Position numbers and translations under genes: made by a program. This document shows, piece after piece, positions 34,621-44,125 of a DNA stretch of 52,160 bases (positions are counted from its first letter, which is position 1; the number at the start of each line of letters is the position of its first letter). Source of the stretch: a virus (lineage: Duplodnaviria; Caudoviricetes); IMG/VR virus record IMGVR_UViG_3300033153_005795, positions 1-52,160 of that record, one strand, 5' to 3'. The notes under the pieces were generated by a model that ran no database searches, was not told the origin of the DNA, and saw only the letters and a list, made by a program, of their open reading frames with translations.

Positions 34621-35013
34621 CTATTCCTTCAAGTGTTCTATTACTCCATATTTATCGGGTTTGCCCCATTTGCGTTTCAAGTTTATTTTGTGCTTCTTCT
34701 TGACTTCTTCAAATAAATCGTATCCGCATTCATGGGCGTGTTGAAATAACAATATCAAACAATCTGCTGCCTCCTCTGGATTACCCGAATCTCCAAGTTC
34801 GTATGCTTCCTTAATCAAATGATTTACAAGCCCCCTCACAGATTGAGACTTCCCGAACACCCTGTTCCCCCATTCCCCTATCTGTCGTTGTAGAGTCGCT
34901 ATCTCTTTAAGTTTCCTATTCTCGGCTAAAAGCTGCTCAACATCTTCCCATCTGCACCAGTAGCCATCAGGACTTTCCGACTCATAATCATCAAAAATAT
35001 CATATCGTTTCAT
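34621..35013 (-). CDS. MazG-like / DUF550 dNTP pyrophosphohydrolase
   Basis: W..RVFG..HLIKEAYEL..EEAADCLILL..KHKINLKRKW. Confidence 0.8.
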   Translation of the reverse strand: MKRYDIFDDYESESPDGYWCRWEDVEQLLAENRKLKEIATLQRQIGEWGNRVFGKSQSVRGLVNHLIKEAYELGDSGNPEEAADCLILLFQHAHECGYDLFEEVKKKHKINLKRKWGKPDKYGVIEHLKE

Positions 35014-35051
35014 CTCTATCCTTTAACAAATCTTTTCTTTAATTTACTAAC

Positions 35052-35447
35052 TTATTCATCCATTAACAATTCAGGGTTTTCGTAAATGTTCCCAATAACT
35101 CTCATTTCTTGCACGGCTGGGAGTTCCGTGATTAAATCATCACTACGCAGATAGTAACCACAGGTAAGGGGGTCTTCTACTACTATGCATTTGTAACCTA
35201 CTGCATCTTCTACTATATCACCATTAAATACTTCCTGGCCACCCTTATCATTTAAGCCAGTATAAAACATTATGACTATCTTCTTGTATTCGTTTTCTGC
35301 ATTGGAATTGAGGTAACCCGTTGGATTGTAAGTCATAACTTTTCCGGTCTGCGTAAGTAGGAACCAATCTTCAGTTCCACACATTGTTTTATACTCTTTG
35401 CCTTCAAGCTCATATTCAACCCAAACTCTAAATTTTATCGGTTTCAT
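35052..35447 (-). CDS. YopX family protein
   Basis: IKFRVW, YTGLNDKGGQEVFNGDIV, VIGNIYENPELL. Confidence 0.9.
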   Translation of the reverse strand: MKPIKFRVWVEYELEGKEYKTMCGTEDWFLLTQTGKVMTYNPTGYLNSNAENEYKKIVIMFYTGLNDKGGQEVFNGDIVEDAVGYKCIVVEDPLTCGYYLRSDDLITELPAVQEMRVIGNIYENPELLMDE

Positions 35448-36013
35448 TTTCTATCCTTTCGCAAATCTTTTTGGATGCTCTTGAGAGCGTCTAATGCTTT
35501 TTTATAACGCTTAATACATTTTTTGTGATGAGAGATACCTCCTGCTGTTTGTTCAATAATCGACATTGATATTTTTCCCTCCGCTGGTTCCTCTATGTAA
35601 TCAATCCACTTAACGTGGCTATTGATTGATTGCTCAAGTACGTTTTTGATTACCCAAACTGCCTTTGTCTTCGGTACGAATTCTTTATCTATACTCGCAG
35701 CACTTATTTCTTTGTTTCCTTTCTCATTCTCAACTTTTTCGTAAGTTTTTTCAAATATATCCGGCTTGCAAGGATAAAATTCTCCTTCTACTCCACGAAT
35801 TATCCAATCACCTTTGTTTGCGAGGTGGTTTCCCTCAAGAGTAGATATTACTAAATCTTCAGCTTCAAAGTTGGATTGACACATACGTGGTCCTGTATCC
35901 TCTGAATGCCAGCGCCTTGCCCAAGCAAAAATTTCTTCAAAGTTGCTGCCATTAAATTGAATTGCGTCAATCACGATTGGTTTTTTTCTGTATTTACCCA
36001 CTTTCTTGTTCAT
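35444..36013 (-). CDS. Conserved phage protein (YRKKP...TLEG...GEFYPCKPDIF family)
   Basis: Characteristic N-terminal domain plus helical extension. Confidence 0.8.
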   Translation of the reverse strand: MNKKVGKYRKKPIVIDAIQFNGSNFEEIFAWARRWHSEDTGPRMCQSNFEAEDLVISTLEGNHLANKGDWIIRGVEGEFYPCKPDIFEKTYEKVENEKGNKEISAASIDKEFVPKTKAVWVIKNVLEQSINSHVKWIDYIEEPAEGKISMSIIEQTAGGISHHKKCIKRYKKALDALKSIQKDLRKDRK

Positions 36014-36483
36014 TTCTTTCTACTCCATTTATTACATAGTTTCAAATGGCCTTTGTATGCAGCCAGCGGGTCGTTATAGCCAAGAAAGTCAAGTTCTTGG
36101 CTATTTGCAATCCTGTAAGGACAAACTGGACAAAGGTTTTTAGGCATCTTTTCGGCTTTGAAAACCATCGTCTCATATTTTCTGCCCCCTCTGATGTCTT
36201 CAAATCCAAAGCGTTCAAAATACGCATCATCAAAAGCACCTCCAGCCAAGCACTTATTTTCCTCCCACCATTTAGGGTCAAAGTTTTTTGCGTGGCTTTC
36301 ACGAGCAGGTCGGTCTGACCACAACTCGCCAATAGTAGATACTATGTACTTGCCTACATATGTAGATAAAACATATTGACAGCGGCTGGCGAGTATGTAA
36401 TGAGCCGGATGAGGCATCCAAATCCATCTATCCCTTTTCATTTCTATCCTTTCACAAATCTTTCCCTTAATTAAACCTAACAC
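36010..36483 (-). CDS. Hypothetical phage protein
   Basis: YIVSTIG..YETMVF..A.KGH pattern; start probably MKRDRW. Confidence 0.7.
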   Translation of the reverse strand: MLGLIKGKICERIEMKRDRWIWMPHPAHYILASRCQYVLSTYVGKYIVSTIGELWSDRPARESHAKNFDPKWWEENKCLAGGAFDDAYFERFGFEDIRGGRKYETMVFKAEKMPKNLCPVCPYRIANSQELDFLGYNDPLAAYKGHLKLCNKWSRKK

Positions 36484-36491
36484 ACTGCCTA

Positions 36492-36707
36492 CTAATCTCC
36501 CATCTTAATCCGGCCTACTATATCTACTTGCAGACCCATTCGGTTGTCTTTTGGTATGCCTTCGGTTAGCTCTCCAGTGCCGTCGGGATGGAGTTTGAAT
36601 ATAGTCTCATTTCCTACCCGAAATGAAATATAACCAAACTCATTCCCTTCTAACCACACTGGTATTACTGGTTCTTCTACTTCGTTTGAGACTACGTATT
36701 TAGTCAT
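36492..36707 (-). CDS. Small beta-rich protein, paralog family A
   Basis: Aligns by eye with 15714..15917. Confidence 0.75.
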   Translation of the reverse strand: MTKYVVSNEVEEPVIPVWLEGNEFGYISFRVGNETIFKLHPDGTGELTEGIPKDNRMGLQVDIVGRIKMGD

Positions 36708-36724
36708 TTTCTTGTCTCCTTAAT

Positions 36725-37153
36725 TCATTCACTTTTCAATTTTCCCAAGACGTCCATAATTTCTCTTTCCAGGCGCTTTTTATTTAATTCCAGCAACTTT
36801 TGATAGAACTCGAAGGGCTTAACCTCGAAGTTATACGTTTTGTTGTGGCAATCAAATCTTCGAGACACTAACTTGCCTGGGCAACTTGAGCATTCGCCTT
36901 GCCACGCAAATCCATTTCTGGTTTCTTTCCATTCATCTCCGTTTCTTTTATCATACTCACAAAAGAAGCAATAATGTCTGGGAGACTCTCTTCCTGTATC
37001 TATTCCATGTTCTTCAAGCCACTCACGCCGAAGCCCCATAACGCTTTTTCCGCTTTTTAAGTGCTGTATTACATATCTCTCTTGTGTCAAAGTAAGTTCC
37101 CAAGCATCATCCAGCGTCAGACGCTCGGCCATTTCTCGGTATCTCTTGTTCAT
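36725..37153 (-). CDS. Cys-rich hypothetical protein
   Basis: CFFCEY..CSSCP..C. Confidence 0.7.
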   Translation of the reverse strand: MNKRYREMAERLTLDDAWELTLTQERYVIQHLKSGKSVMGLRREWLEEHGIDTGRESPRHYCFFCEYDKRNGDEWKETRNGFAWQGECSSCPGKLVSRRFDCHNKTYNFEVKPFEFYQKLLELNKKRLEREIMDVLGKLKSE

Positions 37154-37175
37154 TTTTATCTTCTTTCTCTAATTA

Positions 37176-37439
37176 TCAAAACTCCGAGTTTAATTCCATA
37201 ATCTCTATTGCACCGATGGATGATTTCTTTATTATAAAAGCCATCTTGTTGCTATCATAATCATTCAATCTTCCTTTTATTTGAACATAATTAAGCACCA
37301 CGTTTTCAAAATCCTCCATCGCTTTGTAAGCATCTTCCTTGCGTGCAATCGTGCTCAATGCTATATTGAAATCATCCGAGAAAAACGATACCTTCACCTT
37401 ATCTTCTTTCATTTCTATACCCCTACAATTACCATACAA
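37176..37439 (-). CDS. Hypothetical protein
   Basis: First gene of the second small-gene block; start probably MKEDKV. Confidence 0.55.
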   Translation of the reverse strand: MYGNCRGIEMKEDKVKVSFFSDDFNIALSTIARKEDAYKAMEDFENVVLNYVQIKGRLNDYDSNKMAFIIKKSSIGAIEIMELNSEF

Positions 37440-37514
37440 AAATACGTATTCCTACGCCCGTATGGTAAATACTACGCTGTTCAGGGAGAAATGTTCAGAA
37501 AAAAATAAATTATT

Positions 37515-40500
37515 CTACTGCCATTGTCCTTCTGCGGGGCCAGGGGCAGCAAACATTTGTGCATATTGATCCAGCAGCCCAACTGGTTGTTTCTCCAGAT
37601 CCTCGAAGATTCTGGCCATCATTGCTTCTCCTGCTACCCGCTCGAACAGCGGACGGTAGGCTTTTGGAAAACCACGCATAATACGGTGCAGTCTGCTTAT
37701 TTCCATACGATTATGGATTGCGGTAATATCACTTTTCTTTACCTGAAGAGGAGCAAGTTCGGGGTAGGCTTTCTTGAAATCCTCCTGTACACGTTGTGCC
37801 CTGGGTAAGTCATTCTTCGACAGAGCATCGAGGTACTCCCTCCGGTAGCGGCGGACCTTCTCCCGCTGCTTCAGAAGCCATTCGGCTGCAGCCCACTCCG
37901 AAGATTGAGCAACGGGGTTCAGCCCACTTGCCCGCATAAAAAGCTCAAACGGACTATACGTACCAACCAATGCTCTCTCCCTGTTATAGACGGGAATACG
38001 CCCATCCTCCGTGCGGTTCTGATAATCAGCATACCGAGGAGCCAGCGTACGATATAGTCTTCTTATACCAAGCCCCCCAGGTACCAGCAGAGGCCACGCT
38101 GTCTGTAGATATTTCGGCTCCCCACTATGTACAGCCGCAAGGAGAGATCCTGCAGTTCCTATGACCGGCGGAACGAAAGGGGAAGGATAAAAAGGAGCTT
38201 CCGGATAAACCGGGGCCGGCAGTGCCCCGAACAATAACTGCTGGCTAATATCCATTCCCAGCATATTCTTGACTGCATAGTAAGCCGCTGTGGAACCCAT
38301 TAGTGCCCGTGCTATTGTACCCCAATGCAATTTATTCGGGTCTGCTCCCCATCGTAGAGAACTATGGAGAAAACCCAAAAACCTCAACGGAAAGTGCATA
38401 AACTGTCTGAACGGAACAGGCAGGTTCAGCAGCATTCGTGGCATATTCAAAGGGCCGCCAGGAAATTGCGTCATACCAACCATTACTCTTCCAAGCTGTC
38501 CTGCCATAGCAGGTTTTATCCCGTCTGCCAATGCAGTCGCCCGTGTACCATAAAAACTTAACAGCCAGTTAAACGATTCGGTTGCTACAAAAGGAGTCAT
38601 CATTACCCGCTTTATTTTCTCCCACATACTGCCTACTGCTACTATTGCAGGATGTCCGGTTTGCATTATATCGCCATGTGTCATTTGCTCTATAAAGTGC
38701 CCGGCGTCTTTCATTTCCTTCACGAGTTCAGGAAAGGCCAGCTTAAAAGCCTTTGCGTGCCCCACTCCTTTTGTTAGATACGAGAAATATTTCAGAAGCC
38801 GTGGATTCTTCGGTCCCAATAATTCTTCAAATCCAAGCTTCATACCTCTCAATCCTATCACGTTTGCAGTAGTAATCCATGTCTGCCCTAAATTCTTGAT
38901 AGATGGAGAAAGATTAGGCATTCCGAGTGTTGATAGATAAAACCAATGGGCAATCCGTGAACCTATAGTTTCGAGATTAAAAGCGCCGGGCGACTCGGCA
39001 AAGTAGTCCAGCAACATCTTATGTGTGGTCGGCGGCAACAACTTCTTCAACATCGGATGATCACGAAGCCACGTAAAGATGCGGTACTTCTGTTCCCCAA
39101 ATGCAACCGAATGTTCAAATCCTACCCGTGTTCTTATGCCCCGCAGAAGAGGTAGCAAATTATCCATTAAATACCTGGTCTGCCACGCAGGAAGAGGGCC
39201 GGCTCCCCTGATTGTCTTCATAATCTCTGTTCCTTTGCCTGTCATATGCCACGCAAAAGTAGGAGCAACTGCGTGTAGATAGCGGGGAAGTACTTTATAT
39301 GGATCCATTAGATATTCTGGTGGTAATGCAAAATGGTCAGCAATTGTATTAAGCTCGGCCAGCATTGCTTCCGCCCCCCGACCGGAGGCATCCTTCAACA
39401 GGTGGAACATATTTCTGAACAGAGTATTTGCGGCATCTCTTTTCCCCAGGCGGATTGTCATATCCATATTCCACGGGGGATTATTCATCATTTCTCCTAC
39501 GTCTTTGACGAACTTATCCACGTTACCAGCCGCCGCCTTCCATCTCTCACCAATCCCACGGGCGAACATAGCCCTTCGTTTTCCAAGCCATCTATTCAGT
39601 AGAGGCATAAAGTCAGGATGCAGATCACCAGCTTCCTCAAGCATTCGTAGCTCTTTCATCGCAGGCATTCCTCCCCAGGTACGTACCCGGAGAGGCCGGC
39701 CTACTGCGTACTCCACTGTTCTGTCAACCCAGTCAGCATACGATTGTGGACTTGAAGCAACAGATGCTCTTTGTGCCAATCGTTCATATCTATTGAAATA
39801 TGTACCGTGCGGGAAATAATTCTTGATACGCTGTCCTATCTCCCATCCCTTCAGTTTAAGTGCATTTCGTAATTTGCTTGCTTTCATCCATACTTCTTTA
39901 GGAAAAGAATCTGCTATACTATCCAGCCATTTTCCCATCCTCCCCGATAGCTTTATAGCAGCAGGGCTCATTTTCCTCTGTAGCCCAGGGGCTATTGGTC
40001 CCATTGCTTTCAATTCAGCCGCAAATTCAGGGTCGGAACTCAATAACCTCCAGAGTGGAGACTTCGTCGTGTTCCATCCTTCTCTTAAAGCGGCAGCTCG
40101 TAGTCTTTCAAGTCTCGGTAGCCTGCCTGCCTCTCTAAACATCCGATCTAATTTAACCACATACTTCGCTTCATAGTCAGCCAGAGTTCCTACGTACTCC
40201 GCCAACTTCTTTATCAATCCAGGAACATTCCGAAGATTTGTAAATGCCGAATGGATATACGACGAGTACGGTCCCATCGCCTTCACAGCCCCTGACGTGC
40301 CTTCATAAAGGGCTTGCAGTGGTTTAACCCCCACAAGAGGAAAACCCTTCATCAATCCAGGGATCCCGAAAGCCATTATAGCCCCTATGATGAAGACCGG
40401 ATTTGTCGTAACATCCACTATCGTCTTCAGGAAGGGGTTCTTTCTACCCTTCAGCAGGGCAGAACGAAACGTCTGCATTTCTGTTGGTGTAAGTGTCTGG

Positions 40501-40634
40501 GGAGCGAGCAGAGATCGTGTTGCGGCATCGATGTCTCCTCGTAGTAAAAGATTAGAAAGGGCAAGTTGTGGTCTGTCATATAGCGTGAGAGGAAAATCGA
40601 TTCCGGCAATACCGTACGGAATCTTCTCATCCAT
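37515..40634 (-). CDS. Large internal virion (ejection) protein
   Basis: 1039 aa, helical, basic; last and largest of the internal-protein cluster, as in podoviruses. Confidence 0.65.
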   Translation of the reverse strand: MDEKIPYGIAGIDFPLTLYDRPQLALSNLLLRGDIDAATRSLLAPQTLTPTEMQTFRSALLKGRKNPFLKTIVDVTTNPVFIIGAIMAFGIPGLMKGFPLVGVKPLQALYEGTSGAVKAMGPYSSYIHSAFTNLRNVPGLIKKLAEYVGTLADYEAKYVVKLDRMFREAGRLPRLERLRAAALREGWNTTKSPLWRLLSSDPEFAAELKAMGPIAPGLQRKMSPAAIKLSGRMGKWLDSIADSFPKEVWMKASKLRNALKLKGWEIGQRIKNYFPHGTYFNRYERLAQRASVASSPQSYADWVDRTVEYAVGRPLRVRTWGGMPAMKELRMLEEAGDLHPDFMPLLNRWLGKRRAMFARGIGERWKAAAGNVDKFVKDVGEMMNNPPWNMDMTIRLGKRDAANTLFRNMFHLLKDASGRGAEAMLAELNTIADHFALPPEYLMDPYKVLPRYLHAVAPTFAWHMTGKGTEIMKTIRGAGPLPAWQTRYLMDNLLPLLRGIRTRVGFEHSVAFGEQKYRIFTWLRDHPMLKKLLPPTTHKMLLDYFAESPGAFNLETIGSRIAHWFYLSTLGMPNLSPSIKNLGQTWITTANVIGLRGMKLGFEELLGPKNPRLLKYFSYLTKGVGHAKAFKLAFPELVKEMKDAGHFIEQMTHGDIMQTGHPAIVAVGSMWEKIKRVMMTPFVATESFNWLLSFYGTRATALADGIKPAMAGQLGRVMVGMTQFPGGPLNMPRMLLNLPVPFRQFMHFPLRFLGFLHSSLRWGADPNKLHWGTIARALMGSTAAYYAVKNMLGMDISQQLLFGALPAPVYPEAPFYPSPFVPPVIGTAGSLLAAVHSGEPKYLQTAWPLLVPGGLGIRRLYRTLAPRYADYQNRTEDGRIPVYNRERALVGTYSPFELFMRASGLNPVAQSSEWAAAEWLLKQREKVRRYRREYLDALSKNDLPRAQRVQEDFKKAYPELAPLQVKKSDITAIHNRMEISRLHRIMRGFPKAYRPLFERVAGEAMMARIFEDLEKQPVGLLDQYAQMFAAPGPAEGQWQ

Positions 40635-40647
40635 ATCGATCAGTCTC

Positions 40648-41040
40648 CTATATCAACTCCTCACCACGTGCCAACGCCGGGCCTGTGGTTCCAAGCAGTT
40701 GATTGATAAGCCCCTGCCTTGTCATCTGTTCTTCTCTCTGCGTACTGGTCAGCATCATTTGTGCCATCAGATCCTCCGGTGTCATCTTTCCCATAGCTTC
40801 CGTCTGTACACCTGTTGTGGCCTTCGCTCGTGCTGCTCCGTGTGCAGCCTGATACGCAAGGTATAACGCAATCAGAGGCAACCCAACTTTTGCTGCTCTG
40901 CTTCCGAAAAAGCTTTTTATGCCTCCTATGCCTGTTGTGGTTTTGACTCTGCTCACTGTTGCCTTCACTTGTTGTGTTCTCCTGGCTGCTCTGGCTGCTC
41001 TGGCTTTAGCGGCTGCTCTTCTTTGTGCTTCTGTTGACAT
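40648..41040 (-). CDS. Small internal virion/pilot-like protein
   Basis: A/R-rich N-terminus and a hydrophobic segment. Confidence 0.55.
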   Translation of the reverse strand: MSTEAQRRAAAKARAARAARRTQQVKATVSRVKTTTGIGGIKSFFGSRAAKVGLPLIALYLAYQAAHGAARAKATTGVQTEAMGKMTPEDLMAQMMLTSTQREEQMTRQGLINQLLGTTGPALARGEELI

Positions 41041-41051
41041 TTATACCTCCT

Positions 41052-41468
41052 TTATCTCCTCAACATCCCGACCAGCGATGTAGATGGCCCCGCAGAAGAG
41101 GGCAAAAATACCTGACGACGCTGTTGCATAAGCGAATTGACAAGACTTGTCATCATTGCATCACGAGCTACTTTTGATTGCGTTAGTAGATTTAGCAGGT
41201 TCATTCTGCGTGCTTCGCTCCGCTCTGTAGTACGAGATTTCAACATCTGCTCCAGCATCTTATCTGCACGAGCCCTCGATTCCTTTGTCATCATTCGCAT
41301 TGCTTCAAATTGTTTCTGCTGCAGACCTAATTTTGCACGCTCTAATGAGAGCTGTGCTTTTTCTCCTGCCGGCAGAAACCATTCACCGAGCGGCAACCGT
41401 TCTATAATCTGCGGGGCACCAAAAAGGATAGCCCCCCACAACAACGCATCGTCTATACCTAATGCCAT
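41052..41468 (-). CDS. Small ejection-protein candidate
   Basis: MALGIDDALLWGA hydrophobic start followed by a Q/M-rich helix. Confidence 0.55.
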   Translation of the reverse strand: MALGIDDALLWGAILFGAPQIIERLPLGEWFLPAGEKAQLSLERAKLGLQQKQFEAMRMMTKESRARADKMLEQMLKSRTTERSEARRMNLLNLLTQSKVARDAMMTSLVNSLMQQRRQVFLPSSAGPSTSLVGMLRR

Positions 41469-41485
41469 TTTCTTTTACTCTCCTT

Positions 41486-42844
41486 TTACTCTTCGCCAAA
41501 TATACTGTACAATCCCTGGTTGTGCTGCTGGAGGAACTTCTGTACACCAGGCGACTCGTTTTCCATTTTACTATCAGGAATAATCCCGAAAACTTTACGG
41601 GTATTCATAAGATCATCAAGGATAGCATCCCAGCCGTCTTCTCCCCCACCCATAGCCTGGGCAAGAGCGTTCCATTCTGCCTGTGGTGTTACCCCATCCG
41701 CAACATTGATGGCGTGTCCCACGAGACTGCCAACCGTTTCGCCGGTTTCCGCTCCCTTCCGGCGAATAGGCAGCGTGCTATTTTTCAGCTTATCCAGCGT
41801 ATTCTCCATTTTTATCAGCTGCTGTACCCCATAGTTCAATGCCTTGGTTTTCATCCCCTCCGAAGTAGGCATCGTTATCTTTTTTCGGGGAGGCACAAGC
41901 GGAATCAACGCTGCTTTCTCAAAACCAAGAGCACTTAATAGTCTTTCCCTGACTCCGGTACGTGGAAGAATACGAGTCTCCTCTTGAGGTTTGCCTTCCA
42001 GTTCTGTCAGCTCTTCCTGTGCTTTCGTTTTAAGCGCTTCTATAATAGCTTTTGCTTTAAGAATATCGCCGGAAGAAACACGCCCTTCTGCCACATGTCT
42101 TTGAAGGGCTGCCTCATCTGTTATCAATTTCATTGTTAAAGGCAACTGCATACGTGAAGCAGCGTCATTGAATGCTTTTTCCAGTTCATCTCCCCATACT
42201 TGTCCTTTGAATAGGTTCAGATGCTCAAAAGAAGCACGTGCATTTTCTTCTGCTCTCTTCTGCATAACTTGTGCCTGTTCTGCTTCCTTGCCGCTATCTA
42301 TAAGAGCGGTCTTTATTTTCTCGGTGGCAGTCTGCCCTTTCCTTAATCGCCGGAGCTGCTTTATACCGTAAGTCATTGTATCGTGAGCTATCTGTGCTTC
42401 TACTAACTGTCGTGCACGTTCGAGAGCTTGTCTGTTCTGTTCAATTTCGTTCACCCGCTGCCAGTCCTTTGTTGACTGTGCATCGTTATATTCTCTTTCC
42501 AGACGTGCCTGCTCTGCCTGAAAAGCCTGGTTGCTTTCCTGCAATTTTTCCCGAAGTGCTCTGTCCTCTCTGCTGGCTCTTTCTCGCTCGGCCAGTGCTC
42601 TATCCATCGCTTCTGTCTGCATCGCTGCAATCTTCTCTCGTGATTCAGTACCCATTCGTGTAGTTGCGAGCTGTGTTGCCGATCCAAGCCTCGCCATTTC
42701 CGCCTCGTGTTGACGCTGTATAGCCGCACGCATCGCTTCTGCCATACGATTATGCCTTTCAGCCAACCTTCCAGCCACTGCCGGTTGCGGACTGACACCC
42801 CTTACAATATTACTTTTCGCCTGTCCTGCTCCTGTTATTGCCAT
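41486..42844 (-). CDS. Coiled-coil internal virion protein
   Basis: A/Q/E/R-rich helical 452 aa. Confidence 0.6.
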   Translation of the reverse strand: MAITGAGQAKSNIVRGVSPQPAVAGRLAERHNRMAEAMRAAIQRQHEAEMARLGSATQLATTRMGTESREKIAAMQTEAMDRALAERERASREDRALREKLQESNQAFQAEQARLEREYNDAQSTKDWQRVNEIEQNRQALERARQLVEAQIAHDTMTYGIKQLRRLRKGQTATEKIKTALIDSGKEAEQAQVMQKRAEENARASFEHLNLFKGQVWGDELEKAFNDAASRMQLPLTMKLITDEAALQRHVAEGRVSSGDILKAKAIIEALKTKAQEELTELEGKPQEETRILPRTGVRERLLSALGFEKAALIPLVPPRKKITMPTSEGMKTKALNYGVQQLIKMENTLDKLKNSTLPIRRKGAETGETVGSLVGHAINVADGVTPQAEWNALAQAMGGGEDGWDAILDDLMNTRKVFGIIPDSKMENESPGVQKFLQQHNQGLYSIFGEE

Positions 42845-42856
42845 ATGCCGCCACTC

Positions 42857-44050
42857 CTACGGAAATAAAAGATCCGAAATCGCTGTCATCAATGGAGCAA
42901 CATCCACCTTGAACGAAGGTGCTTCCTCCATTGCAACTGCCAGATTCTCCAATGCTGTCCCCTTCAATTGCTCCGCCGCCAGATTAAATTGTGCTAATTG
43001 CAACGAATATTGCTGGGCTGCCTGTGCCATATACCGCATAGTTTCTACGTGCTGCTGTTCCTGGAAGCTGGTGTACATATCTGCCTTCCATTGAGCTTCC
43101 GTAGTCGCATTCATATATGCCAGGTTCTGCTGTTCCGCCAGTTTCCGGTACGCCCCCACAATCCCGCTCTGGGCCGCTGCAAGAGCCTGTTGTTTCTGTG
43201 CCCGTATCTGCCGGAATTCAGCACTATCCACACCATATCTTTCTGCTGTCTGCCGCTCCGCTGCCCCCAGTGTTCCTGCAACCGCATACGCCGCTGCCTG
43301 GAGATCGTGAGCTTTTGCAAAATCCCGTCCCTCTGCAATAGACCGATTCACTTCATCCAGCCGCTGTAGTGTGGCTAATCCTCGCTGCCGAGACTCCTTT
43401 ACATATTCATCGGCCTTATCCACCGCTGCCTGCCACGCCGCCGAAGCATTACCGTATTGTTCAGCCGCCTGTGCTTGGGCCTCCTCCACACCCCTTAATC
43501 GCTGTTCCGTGGTTGCCCCTCTCAACCGCATCGCTTCTGCAGCCGTTTCGGCCTGCCGCTCCATCGCCTCCCGCTCACTCTGATAATCCCTAATCAAAGC
43601 CTGGTATATCCCTTCCTCTGCTCCGGATGGCCCTTGTGGTCTGGTACCAAATACCTGGTAGCGTTCACCGCCCGGACCCTGCAAACGACCCGACATCCCC
43701 TGGGCGAATGCCTGCTGTGTCCAGGAGGGTAAGCTGGCCAACCACAGATCCCGCAAGCTCCTCGGCAGCTCCACATTACCTTCCGGGGTTACTCTTGGAG
43801 TAGTTCCTGTACTTATTTGCCTTGGGCGTATGTATTCTGCCCAATCCCACGTTGGATTCAGAGCAGCCGTAGTGTGCCACCAAGAAGGTAAATAATGTCT
43901 CACCTGCATTGTGCCAGGCTGTGCGGTTGCTGTTACTCTGGGGCCGCCGACTGTGCCTATTCTCGAAGCCGTCTGCTGGACTGCTCGTTGAAGAGCTTCG
44001 TAATCTATTCCACCCTGTGGATTAAGAAAAGTATTTGCTGATATAGCCAT
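42857..44050 (-). CDS. Ala/Gln-rich internal virion (DNA transfer) protein
   Basis: Long A/Q helices; follows the nozzle gene. Confidence 0.6.
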   Translation of the reverse strand: MAISANTFLNPQGGIDYEALQRAVQQTASRIGTVGGPRVTATAQPGTMQVRHYLPSWWHTTAALNPTWDWAEYIRPRQISTGTTPRVTPEGNVELPRSLRDLWLASLPSWTQQAFAQGMSGRLQGPGGERYQVFGTRPQGPSGAEEGIYQALIRDYQSEREAMERQAETAAEAMRLRGATTEQRLRGVEEAQAQAAEQYGNASAAWQAAVDKADEYVKESRQRGLATLQRLDEVNRSIAEGRDFAKAHDLQAAAYAVAGTLGAAERQTAERYGVDSAEFRQIRAQKQQALAAAQSGIVGAYRKLAEQQNLAYMNATTEAQWKADMYTSFQEQQHVETMRYMAQAAQQYSLQLAQFNLAAEQLKGTALENLAVAMEEAPSFKVDVAPLMTAISDLLFP

Positions 44051-44085
44051 AATCGATATACCTACCTATCTGCCACCTATTCATC

Positions 44086-44114
44086 AAAATATCAGATTTC
44101 TCGTTATCTGTCAA
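44086..44114 (-). promoter_or_regulatory. Possible sigma70-type promoter for the ejection-protein cluster
   Basis: TTGACA-N17-TATTTT (weak -10) in the intergenic gap. Confidence 0.4.
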
Positions 44115-44125
44115 GTTAAACTGGA

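Noticed and set aside
37515-40634. Tape measure protein or virion RNA polymerase
   Set aside because: No tail tube or chaperone genes and no recognisable RNAP catalytic motif; an ejection protein fits better.
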